55,455 nt of DNA from contig JAAPAO010000193.1 of the NCBI GenBank assembly GCA_013115145.1, positions 1 to 55,455 on the forward strand, given 5' to 3'. Under the pieces are notes generated by a model that searched no databases, had not been told where the DNA came from, and worked only from the letters and a program-made list of their open reading frames with translations. Below are positions 20,986 to 33,339 of the stretch, one piece after another (within the stretch, counting starts at the first letter, position 1; each line of letters starts with the position of its first letter). The position numbers and the translations under genes were made by a program. This DNA comes from Perkinsus chesapeaki ATCC PRA-425 (lineage: Eukaryota > Protista > Perkinsozoa).

Positions 20986-23900
20986 ATGTTATTATTACAT
21001 TACACAAAGTGCGTGTCTCCACTTTGTTCCATATACCGTACCGCTCCTGCCATCATCTCGTCAAGATTACTAGCTACCTCAGCAGCCAAGTATAATGGCG
21101 TATTGCAAGCCTATCAGCATTTAGTGAAGAAAGGTAATAGGGGATGCACATTATATCTTAACAGTTCCGGACCTCAATTTCATCGGCGTAAAGCGCAAGC
21201 TGGATGAAGTGTGTATTAAGAGTGGTGATAAGTTTCAACATGTCACGCCAAGCTGCCTGGCCCAGACAGGCCAATATTCGTTAAATGCATTAGACGCTGC
21301 CCTCGGCCGGGGTCGACTAGCTTGTTTTTATCAGGTGACTTGAGTCCCGATGAGAAGCAAGAATCAGTTGTACGTAAACTGGATGGACTATCTGATAGGC
21401 TGTCAAGATATACACCAACATTTAACCAGCTCACTGACCAGGAGATGGCAGCGACTGCCTCAGGAACAGGTTATATAGTGGGGTGGTTAGTCTGGTGGTT
21501 TCTCTTGGCGTAGGACTCAAGTTCGATCCCATGTAAACTGAAGTTGAATATCCTTTTTCTCCACTATTCCAAGCCAAACATTTCATGCACGGTGTGATGC
21601 TAGATGCCATCCATCTTGGACCATTTTTCATCATTTCCGAATTCAGTCCTGGCTTTTCCTCGCGGAATTGCCGCGTGCTTTGAGCAACTTCTTAGCGTCT
21701 GCCTTCCCTCGTCAAATTTATCATGTACTAGTTGGCAGGTCAATCGACAGTAGAGCGGAATGGCGACCATAAGGCGACATCAAACGGGGGCTTATTCAGT
21801 CGACTTTTTGGCGGGCCGTCACAGTCTGTCTCCTCTCACCAAGTTCCGCCGCATGTAGCCTGCCGAGGGTGAGAGTATATAATTTCCGATGCCACTGATC
21901 CGGTGATAGGTTGTATCTGTGGGGAGGTTGCGGTAGCGGCAAGTCCATGCTCATGGACTTGTTCTACCATAATGTTGGTGTAAAGGAGAAAAAGAGAGTT
22001 CATTTCCATGAGTGGATGATGCAGGTACGAGGGCAGGAATTTATCGCGTTTCTGAATGGCTCGATTTTCCGTGTCAAGTTGATGGTATTAATTGCCGCTC
22101 TTTTCGACACATGGCAAATGCGGGCTATTTGGACGGCTGTACATTACTTAACCTATTTTGAATCTTTTAACGTCATTATGTCCCTATTAGGTCCATTCAA
22201 AACTCCACGAGTTCCAGCTTAAAAGCGCAAGTAGAATGGCGAAGTGTGATACAGCGTGGACTGCAGCCAGCGCAGAGGTGATATCGGCCCGGTCATTAAA
22301 GATAAATGATAACCTGATTAGCTCGGTATTCAAAGCCTCACTGCGGCGTTGATCTGTTCTGGGGATAATACAGTGATGTGTTGGAAAATATATTTCAATA
22401 CTTTTGAAATTGATAGAGAATTCGTTTTTTGGTGCTGGTCTACGAGGAGCAGGCCTCCGCGCACGTAACCTAGACATCGTGAGGCATTTCGGTTAGACTT
22501 TGTTATTGTTTATGAACTTCTCAGGCTCAACGGATGAGCCTTCAAGGAACTAATGGAGATAAACAGAATGATTTAATTGATCAAGTAGCTGATGAAATGA
22601 TGGCTGAGGCTTGGCTATTATGCTTCGATGAATTCCAAGTAAGTTGGGAAAGTTGCAACGAGCAATATGCCAGGACTGTCCTTTACATTATAAAGTAGTA
22701 TTACTCAATAATGGTGTATTAGGTGTAAATATTAATTATTATTGTAAGTAACTGCTTTCACAGACTATGTTAAATATGTTATCGAGATATTACACATACA
22801 TAGTTTTGTCGATAACAGTTATATTCTTTGGTGTTTTTCCCTATCCATTTCCCATTAACTACCCTCTACATCTCTATCTCTATAGTCTATACTTATCACG
22901 GATGCCTCGAAGTGAACTATGAAAGGGTATCTTGAGCCCAGTCGAACTGCCGAACTGAACCTCTAGCGCAGTTTAAATGCGGCATTTGGACGGCTTATGG
23001 AGATGCTGTTCTGATCAGGTCACATTTATATCGGATGCGGTCATCATGCGTCGATTGTTCAGCAAGCTGTTCCAGCGCGGCTGTGTGGTGATAGCGACAT
23101 CCAACCGACCTCCAGAGGATCTTTATAAGAACGGCCTCAATAGGGGCTTATTTTTACCGTTTATTCCGATGATTAATAGATTCACTGAAGTGAGTTGGCA
23201 TGATAAAGTGAAATTCATTGCCTGTTTGATAGGTTGTCAATTTGGATTCGGATGTTGATTATCGTTACATTATGGCACAGGCAGCGAACGCTGGCGATGA
23301 CAGGAGCGTCTATTTGGCTCCTTTGAGTGATTATAACAAACGTCTTTTGGAAGCGAAGTTCTATCGAATGGCTAAAAACGAAGTTATTACTCATCAAAAG
23401 TGAGCACGCCGTCACTCGTTATCCTTCCGTTCCTCCCACACACTGAATAGGGTTCGGTGTCAGTCAGAAAAAAACTAAGTCCTGATAGCTTTTGTTGCTC
23501 CTCGATGCTCTGGCTTGCAGAACTATAGCGATTATTCCCACAACGCTGCCGCCTATTTGGAGTCCTTTTCAGATTGGAAATCCAAGGCCGTCATTTGGAT
23601 GTTCGCCGAGCAGCAAAGCATACAGCGCTGGCCTGGTTTACGTTCAAAGAGCTTTGTGATCGACCACTGGGAGCGGCAGACTATTTGGCCATCGGTGAGA
23701 TGGGGAATGTTTGGGTGATTTGAGGGTTTTATAGGTAAGCATTATCATACCATATTTTTGGAGGAAGTTCCAGTCCTTACGATCAATGAGAGAGATCAAG
23801 TAAAAGTAGCCCCTTTCATCTGATTCTTATTCAATTTTTTAAGGTGCGACGGTTCATCACTTTGATAGACGGTCTCTATGAAGCGGGGACAAAACTTGTG

Positions 23901-24920
23901 TGCTCGGCTGCTGCTGAACCTGGTAAGATGCTCCTTGATCGCTGTAGGACTTCCGCAGTTCAATCACGAAAATCGTCGACCGTATCGAGTAGCGTCTTCA
24001 AATCTCAGTGGTGTGGAAATCTTGCACAGTTTTGTGGGATCCCCTTTTTCGGCATTTCTCGGCAACTGCATTCACATTCGGTTGCGCATCACCCAAGTAC
24101 ACAAAGAGGCTTTGAATGTGTTACTTCGGCCACTGCCAGTGGCCGAAGTAACACTTTCAACCAGTGGCCCACTGGTGGATGATTACTGGAATAACCTGTC
24201 ATTTTAGACCGAACTGTTGAGGTATCGAGGGATTCGTCGTAGAGGAACGCTACATTTTGCTGGAAATAGTGCATTGTCGCTCGGAGATGTGTTTCCAAGT
24301 GGACTGTCTGTCATGGTGCTGTATCCGTAACGCATTTCCCGGAGGCTAGAACAGTCCTTGGGCCGATCCTGCTATTTGCACATCTCCCTCAGGTGCATTG
24401 TTTTCCATCACTGATGAGGACAGGGCGAACTCGGCATTTGATGAGGTCTTTGCATGGGACAGAACTGTGTCGAGGCTGATGGAAGTAAGTGGCCGATTTA
24501 CCGGGCTCGCTTCATCTGTGTCGATGTCAGATGCAATCTGGCGAGTATCTTTCAGAGCATGCTCGGAAGCTAAGCGCTGATGAGATGCTTGGTCAATATG
24601 AGCTCAGCAACCTCTCGAAAGAGGATATGGACGACCTGTGGTTCAGGTAGCCCTCTGCATTCATAAGCTTTCACAGCCTCTTGGTCAGATATGATCGGGA
24701 TGACAGCGGATCAATTGATGCTAGCGAGCTCGCACTCCTTCTTGAAGATCTCACCGAGCACGTCGAGGGTCATCGTCACGTGCCTGCAGAAGTTGTTGTT
24801 GCATCGATGGATTTTCTCGACCTCGACAAGAATGGTGTTATTGATAGATCTGAGTTTGACCACTACTGTGAGAAGTATGGTTTAGCAATTACTGGTCCTA
24901 TCAAGTTAGGCGGATCTTAA
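20986..24920 (+). CDS. AFG1: AFG1/LACE1 (ZapE-like) mitochondrial AAA+ ATPase with a C-terminal EF-hand pair; multi-exon
   Basis: Presequence-like N-terminus then YQHLVKKG/DLSPDEKQ; Walker A LYLWGGCGSGKSMLMDLFY; RVHFHEWM; Walker B LLCFDEFQ; VIATSNRPPEDLYKNGLNR; ELCDRPLGAADY; RRFITLIDGLYE; FAWDRTVSRLMEMQS; then DRDDSGSIDASE and DLDKNGVIDRSE; TAA ending at 24920. Confidence 0.92.
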
Positions 24921-25290
24921 GTTAGTATTATGTTGTTTGATTTTGTACACTGTGACGTCCAGTCAAGTTTGTTCTACATTTCCTTGCGTCATTTTTATTG
25001 AGACACATGTTTGTATGATTCCTTTTATATAGCCTCAAGCTGCTTTGTGTTATATCAACATTCAATCTGGCTTCACATGCTGATGAAGCGTCTCCTAGAA
25101 TCCTATTAATCAACCCTAGATAGCGGGACCTGACCCGCTTCCCTTTATCCGATCCCTCGGTGCCGGTTTGACAATACCATCGTTGTCCGGATTTATATTG
25201 AGTCGCTGATGTGGATAATCTGGGAATTGAACTCGGATCATTGGCTAAGTGGGCTGAGCTCCTAACCATTTCACCATTACCGAAGTTTGT

Positions 25291-27035
25291 ATGTTGCTTG
25301 CGTCATCCCTTTCCATTGGTCTACTCTACCGTAGAACGTCGACAACATCGGTTTGTCGTCGGTTCAGAGGACTTGCTTGCCAAAGACGCCTTTTCGGCAG
25401 CTCGCTCGACTACTCGCCCATCGTCATTGCAAAGGTCTCGGAATCTCATGCAGCCCGCCAAAAGGAACTGTACCTCGAGGTGAGCAGCAGAGCTTCACCG
25501 AATACCCGACTATGGAGGGTTCAGGTGTCCCCCTCGCAAGCTTCTGACGACATCCGGTCACTTGTCGTGCCCATTCATCCTCAAGACGATGTTCGCTCAC
25601 TTTGTCAGGTAAACGTTCGGTTAGTTTGGGCATCGTCACACAGGGCGATGACTCGTTCTTGAAGGCTGGGGTGTTGTTGGTCTTACCTGTCATGTGGAAT
25701 GTGTTGCAGGGCACTCATTCGATTGTCCATAAATACATCGAACCGTTTAAGAAGCTTCTGTCTTAAGTTTAGACTCTCTAAAGCGGCTAAATCAGGCTAA
25801 GACCTTCAACACTATTTCGTCCGAGTCTCCTTCAACAATCATTTTTAAGCTTCCTGCTAGCATGCCTGCGGTTCCAACACGGGGGTATCGGTGTTAGTTG
25901 TGGAGTAAAATTCAGTTCGCCCACAACTTGAGGGTGTGTATTAGTACCCTTCCTACGAGGGGTTCAGAATCCCAGGGGATCTGCCACGGATCTGTGCTGG
26001 CATGCCGATTTGAGTGCCAGGAAGAACTTTCAACCCAAGGCTGATTAGGAGCACAGAAAACCTCAATGCGTGCGTGCAACTGTGTAGATCCCTAATAGCA
26101 AACTGCGCAACTATAAAGGACGGTGCAAAGATAACAAACATTCTTGCCTACCTAAGCTGACTAAGTCTACTGATATCCTAGCACAGCTAATCTCACACTA
26201 GTGCACACAGAGTGACATAGCCTATGCTAGTGGATAGACATTGACTACACATCTTCTACCCGTTTTTCTGTTAAACGTTCGTGTTGATAAATGTTGGTAT
26301 CTCAGAAAGTCGGAGCCTCTATCGGTTCCCCACAAGTTGACATACTTACCAGTCGACCAGCAAGCATCGTTGTTTCACCTGAAGAATCGGTATGGAAGCT
26401 CACGGATGTCGATGAAGGCTTCCAAGTATCTACGTCACGTCACACGCACTCGGACTCGCCACTTCTCAGCTACGTGTGACGCCGCCTTCTGGTGCCCAAA
26501 GCCAACCACAATCGATTGAAGTCCACTCGGGAAGGAGCGCCACTTGCGCTCCGCCGGGGAACGCCGCAAGGCTTGCAGAATTGAAGGAACAACGTCGACG
26601 GTTACAAGCCTTAGAAGGAGATATAAGAGAGCTTGCAATGAAGAAAACTAAGTGATTGAAATGATTGCCTATTTTATTTCTAAGCTGTTCGTAGTAAGTA
26701 TGCTGCTGGTGGTGTAGCGCTATTTTCCTTTGAATGGGCGTTGGTGTATTATGGCACATATTTCCTATATGGATGGGATGTTATGGAACCAATTACGGTA
26801 CCAATGCATCCACTTATTTACTGATTCATATCTTTAGTATTTGCTTGGCTTATTTGACGTTATCGTAACATACGGATTCTATATGTTTTGGAGGGAGGAC
26901 TATTCCCCGAAGACCTTTCATCAAGTGAGCCTCAATTACTAACAGGAATATGTACATTCGCTCGCCTACCCAATACGTGTCGAATTCTTTGGCGCTGAGG
27001 TCACTTGCTTGAGCTTTATTAGTAATAAAGCTTAA
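25291..27035 (+). CDS. MCU: Mitochondrial calcium uniporter pore subunit; multi-exon
   Basis: Arg/Ser-rich presequence MLLASSLSIGLLYRRTSTTSVCRRFRG; coiled coil LAELKEQRRRLQALEGDIRELAMKK; TM1 ALFSFEWALVYYGTYFLY, selectivity motif GWDVMEPIT (~26773-26798), TM2 YLLGLFDVIVTYGFY. The 3' end is approximate. Confidence 0.88.
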
Positions 27036-27546
27036 GTAATGAATTATTACGCCACCAACTTCGCAGAATTAATCACTCATACAGCCCGACGCGATTGAGT
27101 AAAGTATTCCGCATCCTTTTGGTTTTTTTATCGTGTGAAAAAACTAGTAAATGGGGATTATTCTATTGAATTGCATTGGGCAGTACTGTACTGCCAGTAC
27201 ATAAAGGATATGTTAGATATCCTCATATAGGGAAAGGGAAATTTGGAGGGAGTTCTGTCCATTTTCTTGCAGCGATTTCGTGCCCAATTGGGGTAGGCGG
27301 ATAGATATTTGAACGCTTTATTGTCGAGTGTGGTTGGCAGGTTATATACTCTCGACAGGAACGTATACTAAGGCATCAGCGAGGCTTTGATCCGAAAGTT
27401 AAAGATGCTGTGGAACACGAGATAAAAATGCTGGAAGATGAACTTAACGAATGAGCGCTTGTGTGAAGCTATGATACCTTTCATCCTCCCCTTCTTGATT
27501 CGCGTTATGGGAGTTGCTAGAGTAGCGTAATATTCGTTAATTTTTA

Positions 27547-27972
27547 ATGACATCCGCTTATCTTCTACTCATCTGTACCATTGTTATCGGGAATGCCTTT
27601 GTGTTTCCCGATGGAGTCTATAGGAGCCAACCTGGTGGGCACAATTGGATTGATATGGTTTGTGAATTCTCAAGAGCTGACAAAAGCGTTGATATCAACA
27701 TCAGATGTAACCCCAATGCATCTTACTTTGGTGGACTATTTTATGTGTACGAGCTTGAAGGGTATCCTAAAGTTGAAATTTACCACAGTTCGTTGTATGA
27801 CATCCCGTATCGTGCCATGCTATGGGAATATAACGAACATTGCGGTCCAGTGAAAGCATCAGCTCTAAGAGATGATCTTGCAGTGTTCGGATATTTCACT
27901 GATACTTTAGGGCTCATGACGACAATTGACGATTTGGCAGTTCCTCTTCATCCTCAATATTTTGGTGAATAG
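27547..27972 (+). CDS. Small putative secreted protein, 141 aa, single exon, function unknown
   Basis: Intact ORF with a signal-peptide-like start (MTSAYLLLICTIVIGNA) followed by FPDGVY; three Cys in the mature part; 5' half duplicated at 29617. Confidence 0.7.
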   Translation: MTSAYLLLICTIVIGNAFVFPDGVYRSQPGGHNWIDMVCEFSRADKSVDINIRCNPNASYFGGLFYVYELEGYPKVEIYHSSLYDIPYRAMLWEYNEHCGPVKASALRDDLAVFGYFTDTLGLMTTIDDLAVPLHPQYFGE

Positions 27973-28974
27973 GAAACTGCCAGTGATACGTAACTATGTT
28001 AATGTATTAGTTGTCAGACGTCAATTTCGTGGTGGTTGATACTTTATAGTCTCTATTTAGTTATTCTCTTGACTTGATCAGCGCTTTTCAACTTCACTTT
28101 CATCCAGCAAGTGCTGCTACATTCCATGTTTCGTGTTATCGAAGTCAACAAGGGAGAAAAATGCCAAGGAAAGTTCGGCAATTATGATCACCATATCAAC
28201 AGGGAACTAGCTAGGCCCAGCAGCTGTATGGAGTGTCCGCGGAAAGAGCACGTGTGTGCAGGTTTATTGATGAACGAAACACCAACAATCCTGGGATTCT
28301 AAACGCCACTTAATATATAACAGTATTGAACGAGCAAGCAAACACTACCGCTAGAGAGACATAACACAGTTCACAATATATGGTAACAAGTAATCATCAT
28401 CTTGTGGGGTAATATCTTAAGCCTTCCTACTGGAACCGGCACATGTGCGGCTCGCTGCTAGTTACGACGCACCCATTGTGTGATACATATTCGACAACCG
28501 CTGTAGATCACACAAGGCCTTGCGGCCGGGAATCGAATAGGGAGAAATACGCACGATTAAGCTCTGGAGAATGAGATAAGGATGCTTGAAGATGAATTGG
28601 AAAGCACGAAGTGCTTGGAGGTAAAGTTCGAGCCGGAGTCGGTTCGTCCCCCGTATATTTTTTCATATTCATCTTTGTGTTGCCACCACACAATTCTGTG
28701 GTAGACAGGGCACGCATTTGTATTCGAACCGACAAGATAATTGTTGTTGGACCATACATTGTTGTCATCTCGCCTCAAGTTTGCGGCGAAATCCTCACCG
28801 TGCGAAAACACGATTTTGTCCCTCTTGCTTTCCTGCACCATTTGTTTCCTCATGTCTGCATCGAACTTTGTTGCTGCTAGTTGTTACTCCCTGAGTCCAC
28901 ATATCAGGTCTTAGTACGAAGCCTGAGATGAAGAAGGTCTTGGGGACTCCTATCTGCCGGGATCTGTGCCGAGT

Positions 28975-29340
28975 CGAGAGCGGTTGATGCTATCGGTTGA
29001 TGCTGGCCGACCCTGGCAATACGATCCAAAGGCTTTGTACAAAGTAGTGCCTAGCAGGCAGGCAATATAGCTTCCAGGTACAATAGCTTGAGACCTCGGA
29101 GACAAGTAATGAAGCGTAGGTGAAGCTAACTCCTCACCAACAGCACGGACAAGAGATTCCGGCGAATCTTTGCTTTGCGACACAGCGACAGACAATAGCG
29201 CTGCGCCTGTGACCGACTACATCAGCGGGTGATCGCCAAGACTCGTAGCTACATGTGGCCGAACAAAATCGATTTACATATGATATAGCAGGCAGACAGG
29301 TAGTACCTGTAAGGTACAAAGTGTACAAGCAGAAGGAATA
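28975..29340 (-). repeat. ~370-bp dispersed repeat, copy B (inverted relative to copy A)
   Basis: Reverse complement aligns to 18785-19157. Confidence 0.7.
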
Positions 29341-29616
29341 CAGAAATCTGAGTTTCTGTGCGTTTCTGTGCGGTAGGAGGGTTCAAACCTCAAACCTTTC
29401 TGTGCGTGCGTGTTGTCCCAGCGCACGCGTGCTTTTCCTCACTTTGTTGCTCGTTGCCATAATTAGGCGGGCTGTAGCGAGACACAATATTGCGTTCAGT
29501 CCGGGGCGGCGAACCGACCACAGAGTGCTTGTGTGAAGCTATGATACCATTCATCCTCCCCTTCTTGATTCGCGTTATGGGAGTTGCTAGAGTAGCGTAA
29601 TATTCATTAATTTTTA

Positions 29617-29856
29617 ATGACATCCGCTTATCTTCTACTCATCTGTACCATTGTTATCGGGAATGCCTTTGTGTTTCCCGATCGAGTCTATAGGAGCCAA
29701 CCTGGTGGGCACAATTGAATTGATATGGTTTGTGAATTCTCAAGAGCTGACAAAAGCGTTGCTATCAACATCAAATGCAATCCCGCTCTATCCTCAGTCA
29801 TCTACGTGAGGACTGATTGCAAGGCAGTTATGATGCATAGATCGCGTTATTCATAA
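29617..29856 (+). pseudogene. Truncated paralog of the 27547 secreted-protein gene
   Basis: 29523-29780 is near-identical to 27453-27710; Trp34 TGG has become TGA (29716-29718); homology stops ~29785 and the frame ends at TAA 29854-29856. Confidence 0.8.
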
Positions 29857-30295
29857 AACTTGCCCTGGTTCTTGACCTTTCATTTTTCATCATCACCTTG
29901 CACGGCTTTTGGTTGATTGTTGGCGGGAATGCTCCCTCTGAGTTCGCGACATTGAGGTATCCAACATGGGGAATTCAGGAAGCATGTCCTGCATCGCACC
30001 GGACGGCCGCCACTCCACACAACATCGGTTTTAAAATACTTGATAGCATGCAACTTCATTGGACTTAATATATCATAATCTTCTTCAACCTTAAGGATAA
30101 TGCATACTGTAACTTGGCAAGGGCCCACTAGTTGGGTTAACCATTAGAAGGGAACGTGTTGACAGATTGACTGAGTATCTGCTACTGCTGTTGCTCCCAA
30201 TACTTCCGACACTAACACGCCCCATACGGCTGTAACTTGGCGGCTCTCTGGACAACTCGAAAGCACCTTAAAGCACACACTGGAGGAATCAATCA

Positions 30296-33220
30296 TTATA
30301 TCAACCCACCTGATGACGAGGATGAACCCATTTGATACATGTTGACGGCAGCAGCAGCAGGCATAGAATCTACTGAACGATCAGGAGAAGATTTCGGCGG
30401 CGGAAGTGACCTCGGATATCTGACCAGAGGAAGCCTTCTACAAATACACAGACTTAGCTCACGCGCCAAGGGGATTGGAGGCCGGCCTCTTTGGCTCGTT
30501 TTTATCATCATCAGAATCAATGCCACGGACTCTATCGGATCCTGAAGAACACATAGTGGTAGATTCAGCTGTAGCGCCTGTACCTTCTGATCCTTCAGGC
30601 GATGACATGAATTGATGTGGGTCCGTCTGAAGGGAACCTTTTAAGGGACTCTTATAGCCTGTCGCTACTTCATCTGGATTATATAAAATGATAATGTCAT
30701 TCGGAGGTTGCCCGTCGTCTTCCTCGAATACAACGTCTTTGCGTCCGGCAGTCCTCCGATGTATTCTCGCCGGAGAGACTAGATGCTCCGATCCCGACTC
30801 ACTCTGCATTTCCAAGGTCTCTGCTGGGACACCTTCAAACTAGAATGAAGCAGCAGCTCAGAAGTCCTAAGTTCACCTTCACTGTGGTGTACAATCCTGA
30901 TAACGCTGCCATCCCTCGAGGATTGACGTCCGTGTTTATGAGGGTGTAAACGAGTTACTTCGGTCTCAGCGTCACTGATCTGCCGATGATGCATTCGATG
31001 AACGCTGTAAGGGCAAGGTGTTCCCTCTTCAGGAACATCTGGGAAACAGAAGAATTCCACTTCATACCACCACAAATGGTCCTGTTGTGTGGCGTAAGGT
31101 AATCACACAAGCTGGAATGGTCTAGTTGGTTATGACGATCGCCTCACACGCGATAGGTCCCGAGTTCGATTCTCGGTTCCAGTATTCGCGGTCGTCTTCC
31201 CCTTACCTTCATCGGTAGTAGCTGCCGGACTTCTTACAGGGGTCGATACTTCGCTCGAAGCATCCTGCTCCTCCTCGGCGGTGCCTTCTTCAAGACTTCC
31301 TTCTTCCTCATGTTGTCGAACGTAATCTCGGTATGCCGGATGAACTCGGAACCTAATAACACCTACGCAACGCTATTCCGCATTGGTGGTACAATCGGCG
31401 GAGGAATGACTGGACAGTTCCTGTCATGCTCATCGCCATAAGGGCACCATCGAGGACTGTGTTCACTCGGCTCAACTCTCGATCCCGATAGTCTCCGAGG
31501 AAACTGAAATGTGGGTTCAGAAGAGTCCTCAGTGTCTGGCTGACTTTTTGATGGGGATGCCGTTATCCAAATGGAAGGCGAAACAGCATCTGAAGTGTCA
31601 AGTGAAGAATCCCTCAGGCGTCGCCGCTACAGGTTATTGTCGAGGATTATGGTACGGTCGAGATTTCTCCCGAGGCACTTCAAGTCTTTGACCAGAATAG
31701 TGGATTCTCTTTCATGATCAAAAAATTCCTGAGTTCGCATAGTTCCACAGCTGCTGCGTTGGATCTCACCGAACAGTGCTCGCGATAAAGCCTGTGCGAC
31801 ACTAACATGCCATGCGGGTCCAAGAAGTCCACAACTTGATCAGCTGGAAGGATATAAGTATTACCTCATCAAATCATATCTTACCGTAGCTCTTGCAACC
31901 GGCAGTGAAGATGACAATCTCAAATTTACTGGCCCAGTAGGAGAGATATACCCTCACCCACGGACGTAGAAATATGTACGCCTGATTGCAGTCGAAATCA
32001 GCAATCGCCTTCGCCGCCGATACCGACTGATTCAGAATTTTCTTTATCTGTTGGATCGGCATAAACTCGCATGAAGTGCTGACTGGTGCCCTCGGCCTCC
32101 GGATCGAGGCCTGAAAGAAGTTGCTATCATTTGCATCTTGGTGCGTAAGACGTGACGGTTCAGTGTCTCATTTTTTGTATTGCTCGAGTTTCAAGTCCAT
32201 AAAAACACTTACGAAGACCTTTTGTGATTTCCTAGCGCTTCCGCACGTGCTTTGGGTCACGTCGAACAGCTGTAGAGAAACACTCTGTGTTAATGATGTG
32301 GATGAACTGCTGCCAATTATCGCAAACATGCCGGATTATTGATGTTTATTAGTAGATAGCGCACAGTGTATAGTATCATTCAGGATATTAGTGAAGAGTA
32401 AGTAGTGAGCTCTTCTAAACCGATCTTATAGAGAGACGCCTACTACTTAGCCAGCAAAGGGAATCGAATTGGAGCCAGACCACCGCAGTTGAGGAGCTCA
32501 CCCGATTGATGGAGGAAGTCATAAGACATCAGAGTGAGGGTATCATCAACATCCAAGCATAATGTAGGCCTGTTAGGGTATTCAGGGGGTGGTCTGATGA
32601 CGAATAAACAAGAGAGCGGTATGGAATTTCCCACAGATAGGGCCAATCTTCCTCGTTGCTAACATCATGATCTTCACGTTTACATTGACGTAGCTAACAT
32701 TCGATGAGGTGCTACAATCATTTGGATTTACCTGCGCGATCGACTTGAATGCATGCAAAGACTGTTCGCAAACCTGAAAGGAGTCACCTGCGCAAATCAC
32801 CACACGAAAGAGAAATGCATTTACACTTGTCCAGTCAAATTCTTCCGCGTGCGCAATCCCCTCCTTGGGTAAAGGTCGAGGAAGATACCCGAGCCTCGAG
32901 GAATCATTCTGACTGTTGTAATGCGAGCCGTCAGGGGTCTTCGATCCCACGGAACTGTGGCGACTTTGTGCGGTTGATGGGCGTCGAGGGTCGAGTAGTC
33001 TGAAAAAGCTGGTAACCGACGATATAGCAAGGCCGCTTCGCGAATCCACCTTTACATCTTTGCTATTTTAGCTCCCAATAGTGTTATTTTCTTCCACTAT
33101 TATTGCTCATAATATCGCTATTTTCCCTATTATTGCTATTTTATTTCTAGTGTCAAGTTCTATTTTGTTCTATTTCTGAACTAGTGGCCTGAGAAATATG
33201 AACTCACCCATGATTTCCAT
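30296..33220 (-). CDS. CTD small phosphatase / NIF (SCP1/CTDSPL2-like, HAD family) with a long acidic low-complexity C-tail; multi-exon
   Basis: PTLCLDVDDTL (DxDxT), YIFLRPWVRVYLSYWASKFEIVIFTAGCKSY, HRLYREHC, VKDLKCLGRNLDRTIILDN, FHLDNGIPIK; probable start MEIM at 33220. Confidence 0.85.
31111..31184 (+). tRNA. trnV-CAC: tRNA-Val (anticodon CAC)
   Basis: Acceptor GCTGGAA/TTCCAGT plus discriminator A; D-loop AGTTGGTT; anticodon arm ATCGC-CTCACAC-GCGAT; T-loop GTTCGATT; 74 nt. Confidence 0.95.
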
Positions 33221-33339
33221 CGCCAACTTGCTCGAGTGTGTGTTGTGGCGGTAAAGTAAGGTGTGAAGATCCAACTCTCAGAGATGGTACTGCATAGGTT
33301 GATAGCATTCTATAGGAAATGCTGAGAGCTACTTTATGG

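Noticed and set aside
24681-24920. Stand-alone EF-hand protein or MICU1 next to MCU
   Set aside because: It has no ATG of its own, splices in frame to AFG1, and lacks MICU features.
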